The notes beneath the pieces are model-generated. The model did no database searches. It worked only from the letters and a program-made list of their open reading frames with translations, and was not told where the DNA came from. From a virus, in the IMG/VR virus record IMGVR_UViG_3300027906_000002, positions 64,001 to 128,000 of that record: a stretch of DNA of 64,000 bases. The stretch is one strand, 5' to 3'. Each line of letters opens with the position of its first letter. The stretch's first letter is position 1. A program made the translations under genes and the position numbers. This document shows, piece after piece, positions 18,301-33,300 of this stretch.

Positions 18301-21300
18301 TGGATATACAAATACAAACTCATTAAATCCTGATGATGCCTTTATAGCATCTATTGATACTACAGGTAATTTTGCTGTTAAGAGAAAGATTGCATCTGGA
18401 ACTTTATCTGAAAGATTAACAGATATGTTAATCATTGGTGATAATGTATATTTCACTATGGAGACTGCTTCTGGTCCCGACTCTAAAGATATTAACTTAG
18501 CTTTTGGTAAGGCTACTATTGGTATCAATGCAATAACAATAGATTGGATAAAGGAATTAAGTAATACGGTTTATTCTTTCTTAAACACTAGCTTAACTAT
18601 AGACGAATTTAATGAGTTTTATGTTACTGCAACTTGCAGACTTAAGTCTGATGATACTACTAAAGATAGTTTCTGGGTAGGTAAATTAAATGCAGAAGGT
18701 AATGTAATTTGGAATTATCGTTATCTTGCTACTGGTAGAGAATTAACCTTAGTTGATAAGGCTGTTATTGATATATTTGGTGATCTTAACGTTGCATATA
18801 CAAAAGATGATCAAGTTACTAGAAAAACAACTGTAGGAACTGTTAAGATTGGTTATGACGGTACTATGAAGAAGCATAGTACAAGTGAATTTAATAAGAA
18901 GCAAATTGAAGGTATTACTGCAAATGCAATGGATGTGGATGTATCTGGTGATGTATACGTTTACGGTCAAACTCAATGGAATAGGAATGAGTTTATTTTA
19001 GATTTTGCTGATGGTGGAGCTCCTCTTACTGATCTCTCTGCTCATTATACTATTACAGATCAAAGTGCTAATAATTCTATACGTTATCTGAATGGTGTAG
19101 CAAAGATTGATGGATGTAATGTACCAGCTAATACTCAAACTACTTGGGAAAATGGTCATATTAAAGCATCTTCTTCTGAGTTAGGTACTACATTGGATGG
19201 TGACTTTACCATTCAGATGATGGTATACATTGATGGAGATTCTGGTCTTCCATTTAGTTTAAGTCAGAACCTTATGACCCTATGTCAGATTGGTAGTTCT
19301 CAGGATGCTACTGGTGGTCTTTGGTTAGGATTTGGTACAGGTCGTGGTTTAGATTTAACAATTGCTAATAGTTCAACTCAAATTGTTAATGCTACTGCTA
19401 TTTCAAGTGCTTCTTCTGTAATGCTTAATAATACTTGGATTTCAGTTGCAATAACTAAGTCTGGAAATCTATTCTCATCATATGTTAATGGTGTTCTAGT
19501 AGCTAGTGGAACTATATCAAATACATCATTTGCTGGTAAGGATCTATACTTTGGTGTTGGACCTGGATTTGGTGCTGGTGTTAACGATTTTGATAAAGAT
19601 ACACAAGGACAATTCTTCCTTGATGATATTAAATTAAAGAATAGGGCAGTAACTCCAACTTCACCATCTGATATTAATGGACTCCCACAAGCATCTCAAT
19701 TTGGTTTTGGATATTCTTGGACAGATACTGCTTGGTTTGCTGCTCAAACAAGAAGATATGAGTATGATGATTATATTGGTTTTGGTTTAAAGATTGATAA
19801 GAATGCTGATTCAGAACGGTTAGGTGATCAAGGATTACAAACAAATACTCAGATTGGATTTGCAAGAACTAATATTGATGTTGTTCCAGGATCACCTTTA
19901 ACTATTGGTAGTACTGGTTTTGAATTAGCAGAAGCAGGTTTCCAATCATTAGACTTTGATGATGCTACAACAACCATGTCTCAGGACACAGAGACACTAA
20001 CTTATGCTGCTGATGTTTGGAGTGCTAGAACTTCAACTGTTCCTTCTCCAGGATCTCAAAAGTTAAGGGTATCTGCTGTTGTTAAAGATAGGTACTACAT
20101 TAAACCTACATCAACAACTGTCATTAATAATATACAAGAACTTACGTTAAATCAGGCATTTGATTTTACAGTTGGTGCTAAATTAGTTCTTCAAAATCCT
20201 AACGGTACGTTTATTAATAGTGGTTATATTATTAAAAAGGATAATTCTGTTAATAAAATATATCTTGCTATTATTCACAATGCTTGGACTGATGATTTAG
20301 ATAATGGGGAATTAGTCACTCAACAATTCAGTGAGCAAGATAGTTATGGTATTATTGGTCCTCTTCCAAATGATATTAATGAAATTAAGAATTATGTGTT
20401 TACTGAGATTAATAACACAACTCCAGGAACATTTGATATAGATCTTGCTACTTTCGATGCACCTTCGGATATTGGTGGAACTAATAATTTAGATGATTTT
20501 GCAAAATTAAAGGAATTTGATGTAAATGATTATTCAATTAGAATAGATGAGGTTTCAGGTGGATCGACATATATTCCTGGATCTGTTGTTGATATTACAT
20601 CTAGTGATATAACATTTAATACTGCTTATAGTACTTGTCAAATTACTAATTTAGCTGGTGTTCTTAAGATTACTTTAACAGCAAATCTAACAAAGATTAT
20701 TCAAGTAAGTTCTGTTGCCAATACTGACGAAGTATATTGTATCACCTCTACAAGTCATTACTTACATACTGGTGAGATGATTTATATTGATGGTAACCCA
20801 TCACAAGAATCTGGTGGTACTACTTACGATGAATATGATGGTGCTTTCCCAGTTGATAGTGTTATCAGTCCATTAGAATTTACATATAAGTTAAATCAAG
20901 CTGCTGTAACTTCACCTTCTGCATCAGCAGCTGCTGTTAGTGTATATGTTAAGTCTCCTGTTTTAAAAATGTATTATGGTCATCAGTATCTGTTTGACCT
21001 AAGCCATTCTTCAATGGTTGGTGGAAACTTATCCTTTGCTAAGGATAATCTTTATAAGTTGGAATATTCATTCAACTCTATTGAGAGAATTGGTATTCCT
21101 GGTGTAACTGGTCAAGGACAACCTACACCTACAGTTAAGTTGAAGATTGACGAGGATATTGTTACTAATATCTCATATTATTTCGATCCATCTAGAACTG
21201 GAGCAGATTCTCCTGTAATTGAAGGTAGTTATCTAGATGTTACAGATTCTCCTTATAAGGGTATCTTTACTATTTCAAGTACTGCTGGTGCAACTATTAC

Positions 21301-24300
21301 TGAAGGTGCAGATATATTCAAGTTCCTTCTTGCTAATGAACCAGAAGGAAATGCAAATGTTAATCAAACAACTTATAGTACAAGTTCTCTGAAAGCAGTT
21401 GGTTCTATTGCGGATGTTCGTATAGTTAATGCTGGTGGATTCTACACTAAATTACCTATTGTTACAGATATTCAATCAACAAGAAATATTGAAAGAGTTC
21501 AAATTAATGAACCAGGTACTGAATATGCTATTGGTGTTTATAACTCTGTTCCTATTCAAGGTGATGGAGAAGGTGGTTTAGTTAGTATTCTAGTTAATGA
21601 TGGGGCAGATGAAGATGGTATTACAATTCCTGGTCAAATACAAGAGGTAGTTGTTACTTCTCCAGGTAAGGCATATACTACTGCTTATGTTGATATTGAA
21701 GGAATTCCAGGTATTCTTGGACCAGGATTACAAGGATCTGGTGCAGAATTGACTGTTGTTATTCCTCCTTTTGGTACTGAGGCATCTATCTTCACCAGAG
21801 GTGATAAGGTTGGTAAGATTAAGAAACTTAAAAACAATAACTTCGGTTATGATTATCCTCATGACTATACTTTACGTCCTGAGATTACATTCCCAATAAA
21901 TGCTCAGTTAACTTCTACAAGTATTCTTGAAAGTATTACTGTTACAAATCCAGGTTCTGGATATTCATTAGCACCTGCTGTAATAATTCAAGGTGGTGGT
22001 GGATATGGTGCTCAAGCTGAAGCATCTATTAAGAACGGTAGATTAGATAACATTGTTGTTAAAGATCCTGGTGCTGGATATTCTTCTACACCACAAGTTA
22101 GTTTAAGATCTTCTTTCAACTATGTTGTTAACTTAGACTTAGGTTTATTACAATTTGCTTATCCTCATGGAATACCCAATGGTGCTGAACTTTCATTAGC
22201 AGTAACTGATACTGGAGATGGTGCTGATTTCCCACTATCTGCTGGTGCTACTGGTCGTCTTAATGGAAATACTACTTATTATGCTATTTCTGGTTCAGCA
22301 AATTCACTAGAGGATGATCAATTAAAAATTGCTATCACTGAGGCTAACGCAGAACTTGGTGATGGTCTTACATTTGTCAATGCTGGTGATGGTCGTCAAA
22401 GTGTATTAACTGAGTCATTTGGTGGTGCTGCTGAAGCTAATGTTATCACATCTACTTTCTTGGAAGGTGAATTAGTTTATCAGGGGGAAACATTAGAAGT
22501 TGCTACTGCAACTGGATATGTTTCTACAAACTCTGGTTGGCAAGTTGGACCTAGAATTCTTAAGATTGTTAATCATGATGGTTTATTTGCAGAGAATGAA
22601 AGAATAACTGGTGTTATTTCTAAGTCTTCTGGTATTATTAGTGATCTTAAAGTTGCTCGTGGTGTGTTAGATATTGGATCTATCACTAAAACTACTGGTC
22701 AATTCATTGATGATGTTGGTAAGCCATCTGAAATTATTCAGAAGATTCAAGACTCTTACTATTATCAGGACTTCTCTTATGCTGTTAAGTCTGCTGTTTC
22801 TATTAGTGAGTGGAAAGAGATTCTAATCAGGAACGTTCACCCTGCATCATTTAAGGTGTTTGGTGAGTTGAACTTAAATGAATATGGTCAAATTCCTAAT
22901 AAGGAGACATTCTTCCAGTTAACTAAATCAGTCGAACTTGCTCAAGAAGCAGTTGTTCCTAATATCCAAAGTTTTGCTCTAGTTGAGCCAATTTATTCAG
23001 AGTTTAATAATACTGAAGTTTTATTCCGTCAAAAGAGATTGACATCTTCTGAGAATATTCTAACTTCTGTTGTTCAACGTGTTGATAATATCGATCACTT
23101 ATTTGATGGTGAGAGAATAGCATTCCCATTAACAGTTGAGGGAGGAACTGTTGTTGCTAACGCAAACCAGTTGATGATCGTTCTTAATGGTATTGTACAG
23201 AACCCAAATACAGCATTCCAAATACAAGGTGATTCTATAGTATTCTCTGAGCCACCTTCACCACCTGCTAGTGTTAAATATGCTAATCTTACTATTAGTC
23301 AGATCCAAACCTATGATTTAACATGGAATAACCAGAGTGGTATCTATCCTCTTATTGGTAATAGTCTTGTTGGTACTAGCTCACAAGCTAGATTAATTGT
23401 AACTTCAGTTACTGGAGATATTATCAGTGGATATATGGATGAAGGTACATTCATTCTTGGTGAATTATGTACAGTCTCTGCAACAGGATTCTCTGGTAAT
23501 TTAGTTGATATTACAGCTGTTTCTAATATTGGATTGTATACTTATGGAGAAACAGTTACTAACCTTCAAGGTGATACTGCTAAAGTCGAACAAATTAACT
23601 TAGAAACTGGTGCAGAAACTCCAGTTTGTGATTTACGTTATGCTATTGGACCTTCTACTACTGAATTTGAAGTAGTTCCTGTCGATGGTACTGGACCACT
23701 TCCTGTTGGAACCATAGATGTAGCCGAGAATGATGGATTCAGAATCGGTGCTGAAATTATGGAAGTACTCACAGTTGTTGATGGAGCTGAATCTACAACA
23801 ATAACCGTAGTTAGGGGTGTATTAGGAACTCAGGCAACTGCCCAACAAGAGGGTTCTCCAATGTATAGTACTGATATTAATGTTACTGAGGCTCTTACAT
23901 TAAGTAAGACTGCTGGTACATATCAGTCTACACCAGGTCTTTATAATATTCAATTGAATGATGTTATTATTGGTGCTAAATCTGGCACTGTATCTAGAGT
24001 TACAACTGCTAGTGTGTATCAAGATCCTGTTACGGGAGAGTTTATTGGTCAGGTTGATATTTCTCCTGGATCTTCATTCTTTGGACTACTATTCAACAGA
24101 ATTACATCTACATCTTATCCAAACGTAGTTATAGATGACATTTCCAAGTCTCAAATTAGTGTTGTCGATTTTGATGATAACGCAACTGCATACAACACAA
24201 ACTTCCCATCAAATGAGATAGTTAGTAACTATGTTATTCCTTACAGTAATGCAGTAGGAACATTGCAGATTGGAGAAGATATTCGTAACTATAAGATAGA

Positions 24301-27300
24301 GTATGGTAATAATACTGGAGAATTTACTGCTGGTGAAGATGGTAGAGTTAGAAAGATATCAATGTATGATAAAGAGGGTGAAGGATTCTTCAATGCAGGT
24401 CAAATAATTAGAACTCGTGATACTAAAGCTGAAGTTATTGGATATAACCAAGCACGTGGAATTGTATACTTAGGTAAGATTGGTAGAAGTCTACCTGATG
24501 GTCAAGATTATTTTGAGTTTGATTTTGCTAATGATGCTGCAATTTCTAATACACAGAAGAAATTTGGAAGTACTTCATTACAATTAGATGGTACTGGAGA
24601 TTATATTGGTGTTGCATCAACAAGTGAAATTGCTTTTGGTACAGGTGAGTATACTATTGAGTTCTGGTGCAGACCAGATACTGCTGCACTAGCAGGTTTA
24701 GCTGAAATTTATGATACTAGAACAGCTGATCCTGAAATTTCTGGAAGGATCTACTTAAATGGTGCTCAGATTCGTTATAATGTTAATGGTTCTGATATTG
24801 TAACTTCTGGTGCTACTGTTATTCCAACCAACAATACTTGGTATCATATCGCTGTAAGTAGATCTGGATCAACGGTTAAGTTATTCCTTGATGGAGTTGA
24901 AGTAGGATCTGCTACAGATAATAGTACATATGTTGCTAGACCAATTAGAATCGGAGCTACTTATTCAGCAACTAATGCATTTGCTGGATATATTGATGAG
25001 TTTAGAATTTCTAGTGTAGCAAGATATACTGGAGCATTTAATCCTCCTGCAGGTATCCATCAAGGTGATGTTGATACTAAGGTATTATTACATTTTGATA
25101 GTACTAATGGAGATAAATTTGTTGATGATTGGTCTGGTGGAGAATCATTTAGTAATGCAGAATACTTTAATAATGATCCTATTGTGGCTTCTAGACGTTA
25201 TATTGGGGATCATAATTATGTTGGTGGTACTGTATCTGGTGCTGTTATTATCCAGCAAGGTATAATATCAAAGGATGTAACTGATGCTACCTATAATGGT
25301 TCGACTGGAGACTTGGTATTAACCATAGGATCTCATAGTTATACAACATCAAATACAATTAAGATTGCTCATAATTCATTAACATTCACTTGTGATATGG
25401 ATAACAATGCTACTCAGCATACTTATCCACGTATAACTGACCCTGTATATGATACTGCAATTGCAATTACTGCAGTAACTGCTACTACAATTACAGTTAA
25501 TGTTGGTGTAGCAATTCAACAAGGATTTGCTAAGAATAGCCACAGATACAATAATGCTGGTCAATTAATTCTTAAGAACTTAGAATTTATTGCGAAAGAA
25601 GTTGTATACATGATTAATCATAGATTCCCTAACTTTACTGTTATTGGAGGAGATGCTAATTGTGAAGATGATGTTAAAGATATCTGTAGATCAATTGTAG
25701 CAGATATGCGTAATGGTGGTAATGATAAGACTTGGCTTGCTACTTCATACTATATCGATAGAGCTGACACAGCAAATGTAAAACTACTTAATATTGAGAC
25801 AGAGGTTAGAGAAACTATCTGGGCTTATAATAAACTTGATCAAATGTTAGAGTTTATTGTTACTAACAGTGAGTGGAAACCAGTTGGTGATCATGGATTA
25901 AAACAATACACTGACACATCTATTACTGATTCTTCCACAACTTCATTCACTTATAAGACACCTACTGGTGCAACTTATGATGCAGACACTGGAGATCTAA
26001 CACTTACTGACGTTGGTCATGGATTAGTTGGTAGAAGAGCAGTAACAGTAGAGGCTGGTACATCATATAATGCTGAAACTGGAATTCTTTCAGTAACATC
26101 TGCAAGTCATCTATTCCAAAATGGTGACAAGGTAATGCTTGAGAAAGAGTCATTGACCTTTACTTGTGATATGGATGGTCATAAGACTGAGCATAAGTAT
26201 CCAAGAGCATCAGATCCAGCACTTGCTGGTTGGTTAACTGTTAGCAATTCACAAACAAATACTTTTGATCTTGATGTTGGTAAGTCACCTCTATTAGTCT
26301 TCAATCCTACTGGTGGATCTTATGATGCATCGACTGGTCATATGAAGTTGCAAATAGGTGATAATATATTAACTCCAGGAACTAATATTAAGGTTGCACC
26401 CAATTCAATTTACTTTAAATGTACAAGTGATGGATTGCAGGCTGTTAAGAAATATCCTAGAACTACAGACCCAATTGCAGGTAAGCCAACCCCAATTGCA
26501 TATGATGGTGAGCAATTAAGTGCATCATTTGCTAACTATACACCTACAACAGGTGTAATGAGGATTACTGCTGGTAAGACATTCACTCCTCTTGATGCAA
26601 CATATAATGCTGTTAATGGAATGATGAATTTAACCATCCCTGATCATGGAATGGTTGCTGGTGATACTGTGAGATTGGAAGATGGTGCTATAACATTCAC
26701 ATGTGGTATGGATGATCATTATAGTACTCATGCATATCCTAGAACTACTGATCCTAAGAGAGGACTTCAGTTATCTATTACTAATGTTCAGACTCATTCA
26801 TTCTCAGTTAATGTTGGTATCTCACCTAAAGTTCAGTTAACACCTAATAATGGTTCTTATGATCCATCTACAGGTTTAATGACTTTAGAATTTAATACTG
26901 CTCATGGATTAACTGCTGGTACAAGTATTAAGATTGCAAAAGAATCATTAACATTTAGTTGTGGATTTGGTGGTGCTTCTGGCGATGCTGCTAAGAAGTC
27001 TTATCCAAGATCTACTGACCCATTCTATGATACTGCAGTCAAGATTGAATCAGCAACTACTAATGCTATTACTGTTAAAATTCTAGAGAACGTTCCTTCA
27101 ACTAACACTGATACTCATACTTGGGTTGGTGCTACAACTGGATGTATACACACTGGTGGTGATTATGAGCATATCTTCCATAGTGCTCTTACTAATGGTG
27201 TTGTTTGGAATAAGCATGGTCTTGTTAATGGAGATAGAATTAAGATTGCTACCAATTCATTAACATTTACATGTCAGTTAGATAATCAAATAACTGAACA

Positions 27301-30300
27301 TTCATATCCTAGAGCAACTGATCCTTATAATGGAAGATGGTTGGCAGTATCTAATGTAGGTGCTAATACATTTGATGTTAATGTTGGAATTTCTCCTGAT
27401 ACTTCATCACATATATTCAAATCAGCTTATTTAAATGGAATTACTAAGAGAGATGGAAGTATAACTCTTGATGTTGGTAAGTCACCTAGAGTTGGATATG
27501 ATGTTGCTGGTGCGACATATGATCCTCTTACTGGTGATATGGTTCTTAATGTTGGAATTCATAATCTTCTAGAGAATCAAACGATACAAATTGCTGATAA
27601 TGGATTATCATTTACATGTGCTATGGATGGTAATGCAACCACACATAGTTATCCTAGATTAACTGATCCATCTCGTAAGCATGCACTTAATATTACTGAT
27701 GTTGGTGAGACAAGTAAGACTGTAAGTGGAGCAAGTTATACACCAGCTTCAGGACAAATGAGTCTTACTGTTACTGGACATAATCTTACTCCTGCTACAA
27801 CACATACACCAACTAATGCAGTTTATAACCCTGCTACTGGTGAATTAGAGTTAACGATTGTTGGTCATAGTTTTGATAATGGTGATAGGATTCTACTTGA
27901 TGATGACTGCTTAACATTTACATGTGCTAAGGATAATCATCAATCACAACACACATATCCTAGAGCGAGTGATCCATCTAGTATGAAGTGGTTGTCTGTA
28001 CAGAATGTACATGTAGATAGATTCACAGTTAATATTAGTAAGTCAACGGATATATCTGAGCATAGATTTATTTCTGCTACTTCAACTTGTTTGAAGAGAG
28101 CAAAAGATTCAGTTAAGTTTGATGATGATTCAATTACATTTAGATGTGATTTGGACTCTCAAGCAACTGATCACACATACCCAAGAGTAAGTGACCCTGT
28201 TCATCAACAATGGATTCCTATTACATCTTCACCAGATGCTAATACTATTGTTCTTAATGTTGGTAAGTCTTCTGATACATCAACACATGTATATCAAACT
28301 GCAACTTCTGGCGGTCTAAAAGCACAAACTGGATATATTACAGTTAATGTTGGTAAGTCACCTACTGTTTCACATAACCCATCATCAGTAACATATACAC
28401 CTGGTAATGGTTCTATGGCAATGAGTATTGGAAATCATTACCTTCGTGGTGGATCTCAGCATACAGCAACTACTGCATCCTATGAGGCATCAACAGGTAT
28501 TATGACCCTTAGTGTTGCTAATCATGGATTCTCTGTTGGTGATTATATTAAGATTGCAGAGAACAGCATTACATTTACATGTACTATGAATGGTAATGCA
28601 ACTAATAAGCAATATCCAAGATCTACAGACCCATCATTCAATAAGTGGTTGGCAATTGTAGGAATAACAACAGATACATTCCAAGTTAATGTTGGTGCTT
28701 CACCTCTTGTAAAACATAATGTAACTACTGCAACATATGATCCTGCTACTGGTCTTATTGAAGCAACTATTGGATCTCACACTCTCGAAGTTGGTGAGCC
28801 AGTAATGCTTAAGGATTATGGATTCTCATTTACTTGTGGTCTTGATGGAGATACAATTTCTAAGTTATATCCTAGAGAAACAGGATTTATACAGAATGCT
28901 GGTGTTGCTGACCCTGCATGGAGAACTCCTGTAGTAATTACTGCTAAGAGTGCTACAACAATTACATTTAATGTTGGTACTTCATCTGATGTAACTGCTC
29001 ATAACTGGACTGGTGGTACATCTTCAGAAGCAATAGTTTCTGGTGGTGATTATGACCATACATTCGTAACTGCTTCTACTAATGGAGTATACAGAACTAA
29101 TGAAACCGTGATGATTGGTGAAGAGTCTATGACCTTCACATGCGACTTTAATGGTGATGGTAATACTACTGAGAAGAAATACCCTAGAGCATCAGGTTCT
29201 AACGCTCCTGGTGGTGCTGATTATGCATATAACAAACCTGTTCCTATTACATCTGTAGGAACTAATACACATACACCAACTTTAGCAACTTATGTTCCTG
29301 CTACTGGTGTTATGAACATCCAGTTGGTAAATCATGGATTCGCATTATCAACTAATCATACAGTAACTGATGCAACATTTACAGCAACAACTGGTGTAAT
29401 GAAACTCACTGTTGCTGGTCATGGATTCCAAGAGGGAGATAGAATTAAACTTGGTGATGGATCTTTAAGATTTACATGTGCTAAGGATGGTAATGCAAGC
29501 AATCATGACTATCCTAGAGCATCTGATTTTGCAAGTAATAGATGGTTACCAATATTCAATGTAAGTACTAATTTCTTTGAAGTTAATATTGGTAATATGT
29601 TTGGACCAGCAGCGATTTCACATACGACTGCACATGCATTTGTATCTGCTGTTGCTAATGGATTAACCAAGGCAAATTCTTGCATCAAACTTGCAGAAAA
29701 TGCATTAACATTCACATGCGGTAAGGATAGTGGTGCTAGTGAGCATTCATATCCAAGAAGAACTGACCCATCATTCGATGAGTGGTTACCACTAAGTAAT
29801 GTTCTAGTAGATTCATTTGATGTTTATATTGGTAAAGCTAGTGATACATCAACTCATACATTTGTATCTGCTGTTGCTGGTAGTCTTCATAGTCAAACTG
29901 GTGTTATTAATTTGAATGTTGGTATATCAACTGACACAACTACTCATAATTATGTTGCTGCAACTAAGTTAACACCCACTAATGCTGCTTACAACCCAAC
30001 TACAGGTGTCATGACTATCACTGTCAATGATCACAATATGGCAAATGGTGAGCAAGTTATGATTGATGATGGTGCTATTAAGTTAAGTTGTGCATTTGGT
30101 GGTGCATCTGGTGGTGCTGCAGAGAAGGATTATCCTAGAGCATCTGACCCTGCTAGTGGTAGATGGTTAACTGTTTCTAATGTTTCTACCAATTCATTTG
30201 ATGTACAAGTATTAGATGTAGTACCTTCTACAAACACTGATGCACATTCATTCGTATCTGCTGTTTCTAATAGTATTACTAGAGGTATCTTAAGAACTGG

Positions 30301-33300
30301 TGGTAATCACAGTCATACATTTGCTAAGGCAAGAAAGAATGCTGTAATCGCTGGTGGTATCTATAGACATGAGTTTGTTTCTCCTAGTGCATATACAGTA
30401 ACTGATGGTGCTTACAACCCAACTACAGGTGTGATGACCCTTACAATTCCTAATCATGGATTTGAATCTGGTGATTATATTATGATGGATGATGATTCCA
30501 TAGTCTTTAATTGTAGTTTTGGTGGTAGTGCAACAGATAAGTCATATCCAAGATCATCTGACCCAATTAGCGGTAAGTATGTACCTATAGGTAATGTAAC
30601 TACTGATACATTTACTATTCAGGTATTAGATTCTACACCTTCCACTAATACTGATGCCCATACATTTGTATCTGCATCTACTGGTGGTGTTCATAGAGCA
30701 GTACTTCATACAGGTGGTGTTTATAATCATACATTCAAATCTGCTACTATTAATGGAATATACAATCAGGGTCAGGCAATAGAAATTCTACCTGATGCAC
30801 TTAAGTTTACTTGTGATATGGATGGTGCAGAAACTAATCACCCATACCCTCGTAAGACAGATCCAGCATACAAGTCTTCATTACCTATTACTCATTACAC
30901 TGCTGATACATTTACTGTAAATGTAGGTAGTACTACTTTTGGTGATAATAGAAATTATACTTCATATACACCTTCCTTTGCTACATACGATCCTTCTACT
31001 GGTATATTAATATTAACTATTGAGGGACATCCATTAACTTCAGATGATTATATCACCTTAGATGATAATGCATTGAAATTTACATGTTTAATGGATAATA
31101 ATCAGACTACTAAGTCTTATCCACGTCCAGGACATGATGTTCGTGCAGCAAGAAGGAAACTTAAGGTTCTTGGAACCACGGTCAATACAATAAGTCTTAA
31201 TGTAGGTGCTGCACAAGCAAACCAAACATTTACACCTTCTGATGCATCTTATGATGCTGAGACTGGTGAGATGACCTTAACAATTGGTCAGCATGGTATG
31301 AGAGTTGGAGCAAACGTTACTATTGCAAATGGTAGTTTAAGATTCACATGTGGAATGGATGGCAACACTGCTAATAAGGATTATCCTCGTGCAACAGATC
31401 CATATGGAGATCTTAAGTCTATTCCAATTACTCATGTAGGTCATACACACGGAACAGTAACAAATGCTGTGTATACTCCTGCATCTGGTTTGATGGTTCT
31501 AACCGTACCTGCACATGGATACTCTAATGGAGATTATATTCAGATTGCTGATGAATCATTAACACTAAGATGTTTGCTTGATGGTAATAGTACTGATCAC
31601 TCATATCCAAGATCTACTGATTATCCTTCAGGAAGATGGTTACCAATCTCAAATAAGACAAATGATACATTCGAGGTTAATGTTGGAGTTTCACCTGATA
31701 CTACAACACATGTATTCCAGAAAGCTGCTACTAAGGGTATTAGAAGACAGAGTGGTGTAATAACAGTTAATGTTGGTAAATCACCTGTTAAGGGATATGA
31801 TGTAACTGATGCATCCTTTGTTCCTGGAACTGGAGCTCTAACTGTTACCATAGGTAACCATAGTTTAACTACAGGTACAGCAGTTAGAATTGCTAATAAT
31901 TCACTTGTATTCCGTTGCGATCAAGATGGTCAAGGTTCTGATCACTCATATCCTCGTGCAAATGGTCAGGGTGGTGCATCTGGTAATGACCCTGCATGGA
32001 ATACAGCAGTCAATATTACTGCTGTAACTCCAACATCAATTACTCTTGATGTAGGAACCTCAAGTAATACAACAACTCATGTATTCCAGAATGCGAATAA
32101 TACATATTCACCTACTAATGCTTCTTACAATCCAAGTACAGGTGTTATGACATTAACCCTTGCTAACCACGGATTTGTTAATGGTGAGCATGTTAAGATT
32201 TCTGATGGTGGATTGAAGTTTACTTGTGCTCATGACGATTATGCAACAACTCATGCATATCCACGTTCTACTGACCCTGTAAGTAATAAGTGGATCCCAA
32301 TTTCTAATGTACAGACTAATACATTTGATATACAGGTATTGGATGTAGTTCCTTCTACTAATATAACCGCACATACTTTCCATTCTGTAGTTGCTAATTG
32401 TCTTACTAGATCAGTTATTACTACTGGTGGTGATTATACACATACATTTGTAGGTAACCAAGGTTCTAATACTGTTTCATATACTCCACAAGCATCACAT
32501 ACATTCGTATCTTGTGATGCTGGAGCAGTTAAGCACCAATTAACAATACACGATTTTGCACAAACAACTGCAAATGGAATTAAGGTTCTTAATTATAATA
32601 CATCCGATTGTACTGATGTACAAACAACTATAGAGAACTTAATTAGTATTGTTACAGATACTTTAGATGCTGCACTACAAAATCCACCTCTTGATTATCT
32701 TGGTAGTCTTGTTAGATATTCACCTCCACATGAATTCCTTGGTGGTAGAATATACTCTTACTATGAAGAAGAGTTCCCAATTAATTGGCATGATGGTACA
32801 GAAGATATCATGTTTACTAATCAGATTGGTCCTGCAGGTAAGTACAGATTTGTAGATGCTGCCAATTTAGTTCAGTTAAATGCTGGTCCTATTGTAGATA
32901 AAGCATCAAACGATATGCTTACTTTATATCCAGATCTTGCTTTGGATATGCCTAGAAACTTTGATGGAAGTGGTGCTGGTACATTACAATGTAAGACTGA
33001 CTTAGCGTTAATTCTTCAAGAATTCATTAAGGATCTTAGGGATGGTGGTAATTTCAATACTGTGAATGTTGCTAAGAGATATCTTGGTAGTAATGATATT
33101 CTATTACACATTCGCTTACAGGCATTCCAATCTGCATATGCTCATGAGCGTCTTGCATATTACATGAAGCAAGCAGTTAATGGTGATTTAACAACAGGTA
33201 ATACTGATAAGATCGTTGTTGGTGCTTGGGGTATTACTCAATCTAATTCAGCATCATTCACTCCAACTGGAGCAACTTATGAGCCAACAACAGGTGACTT

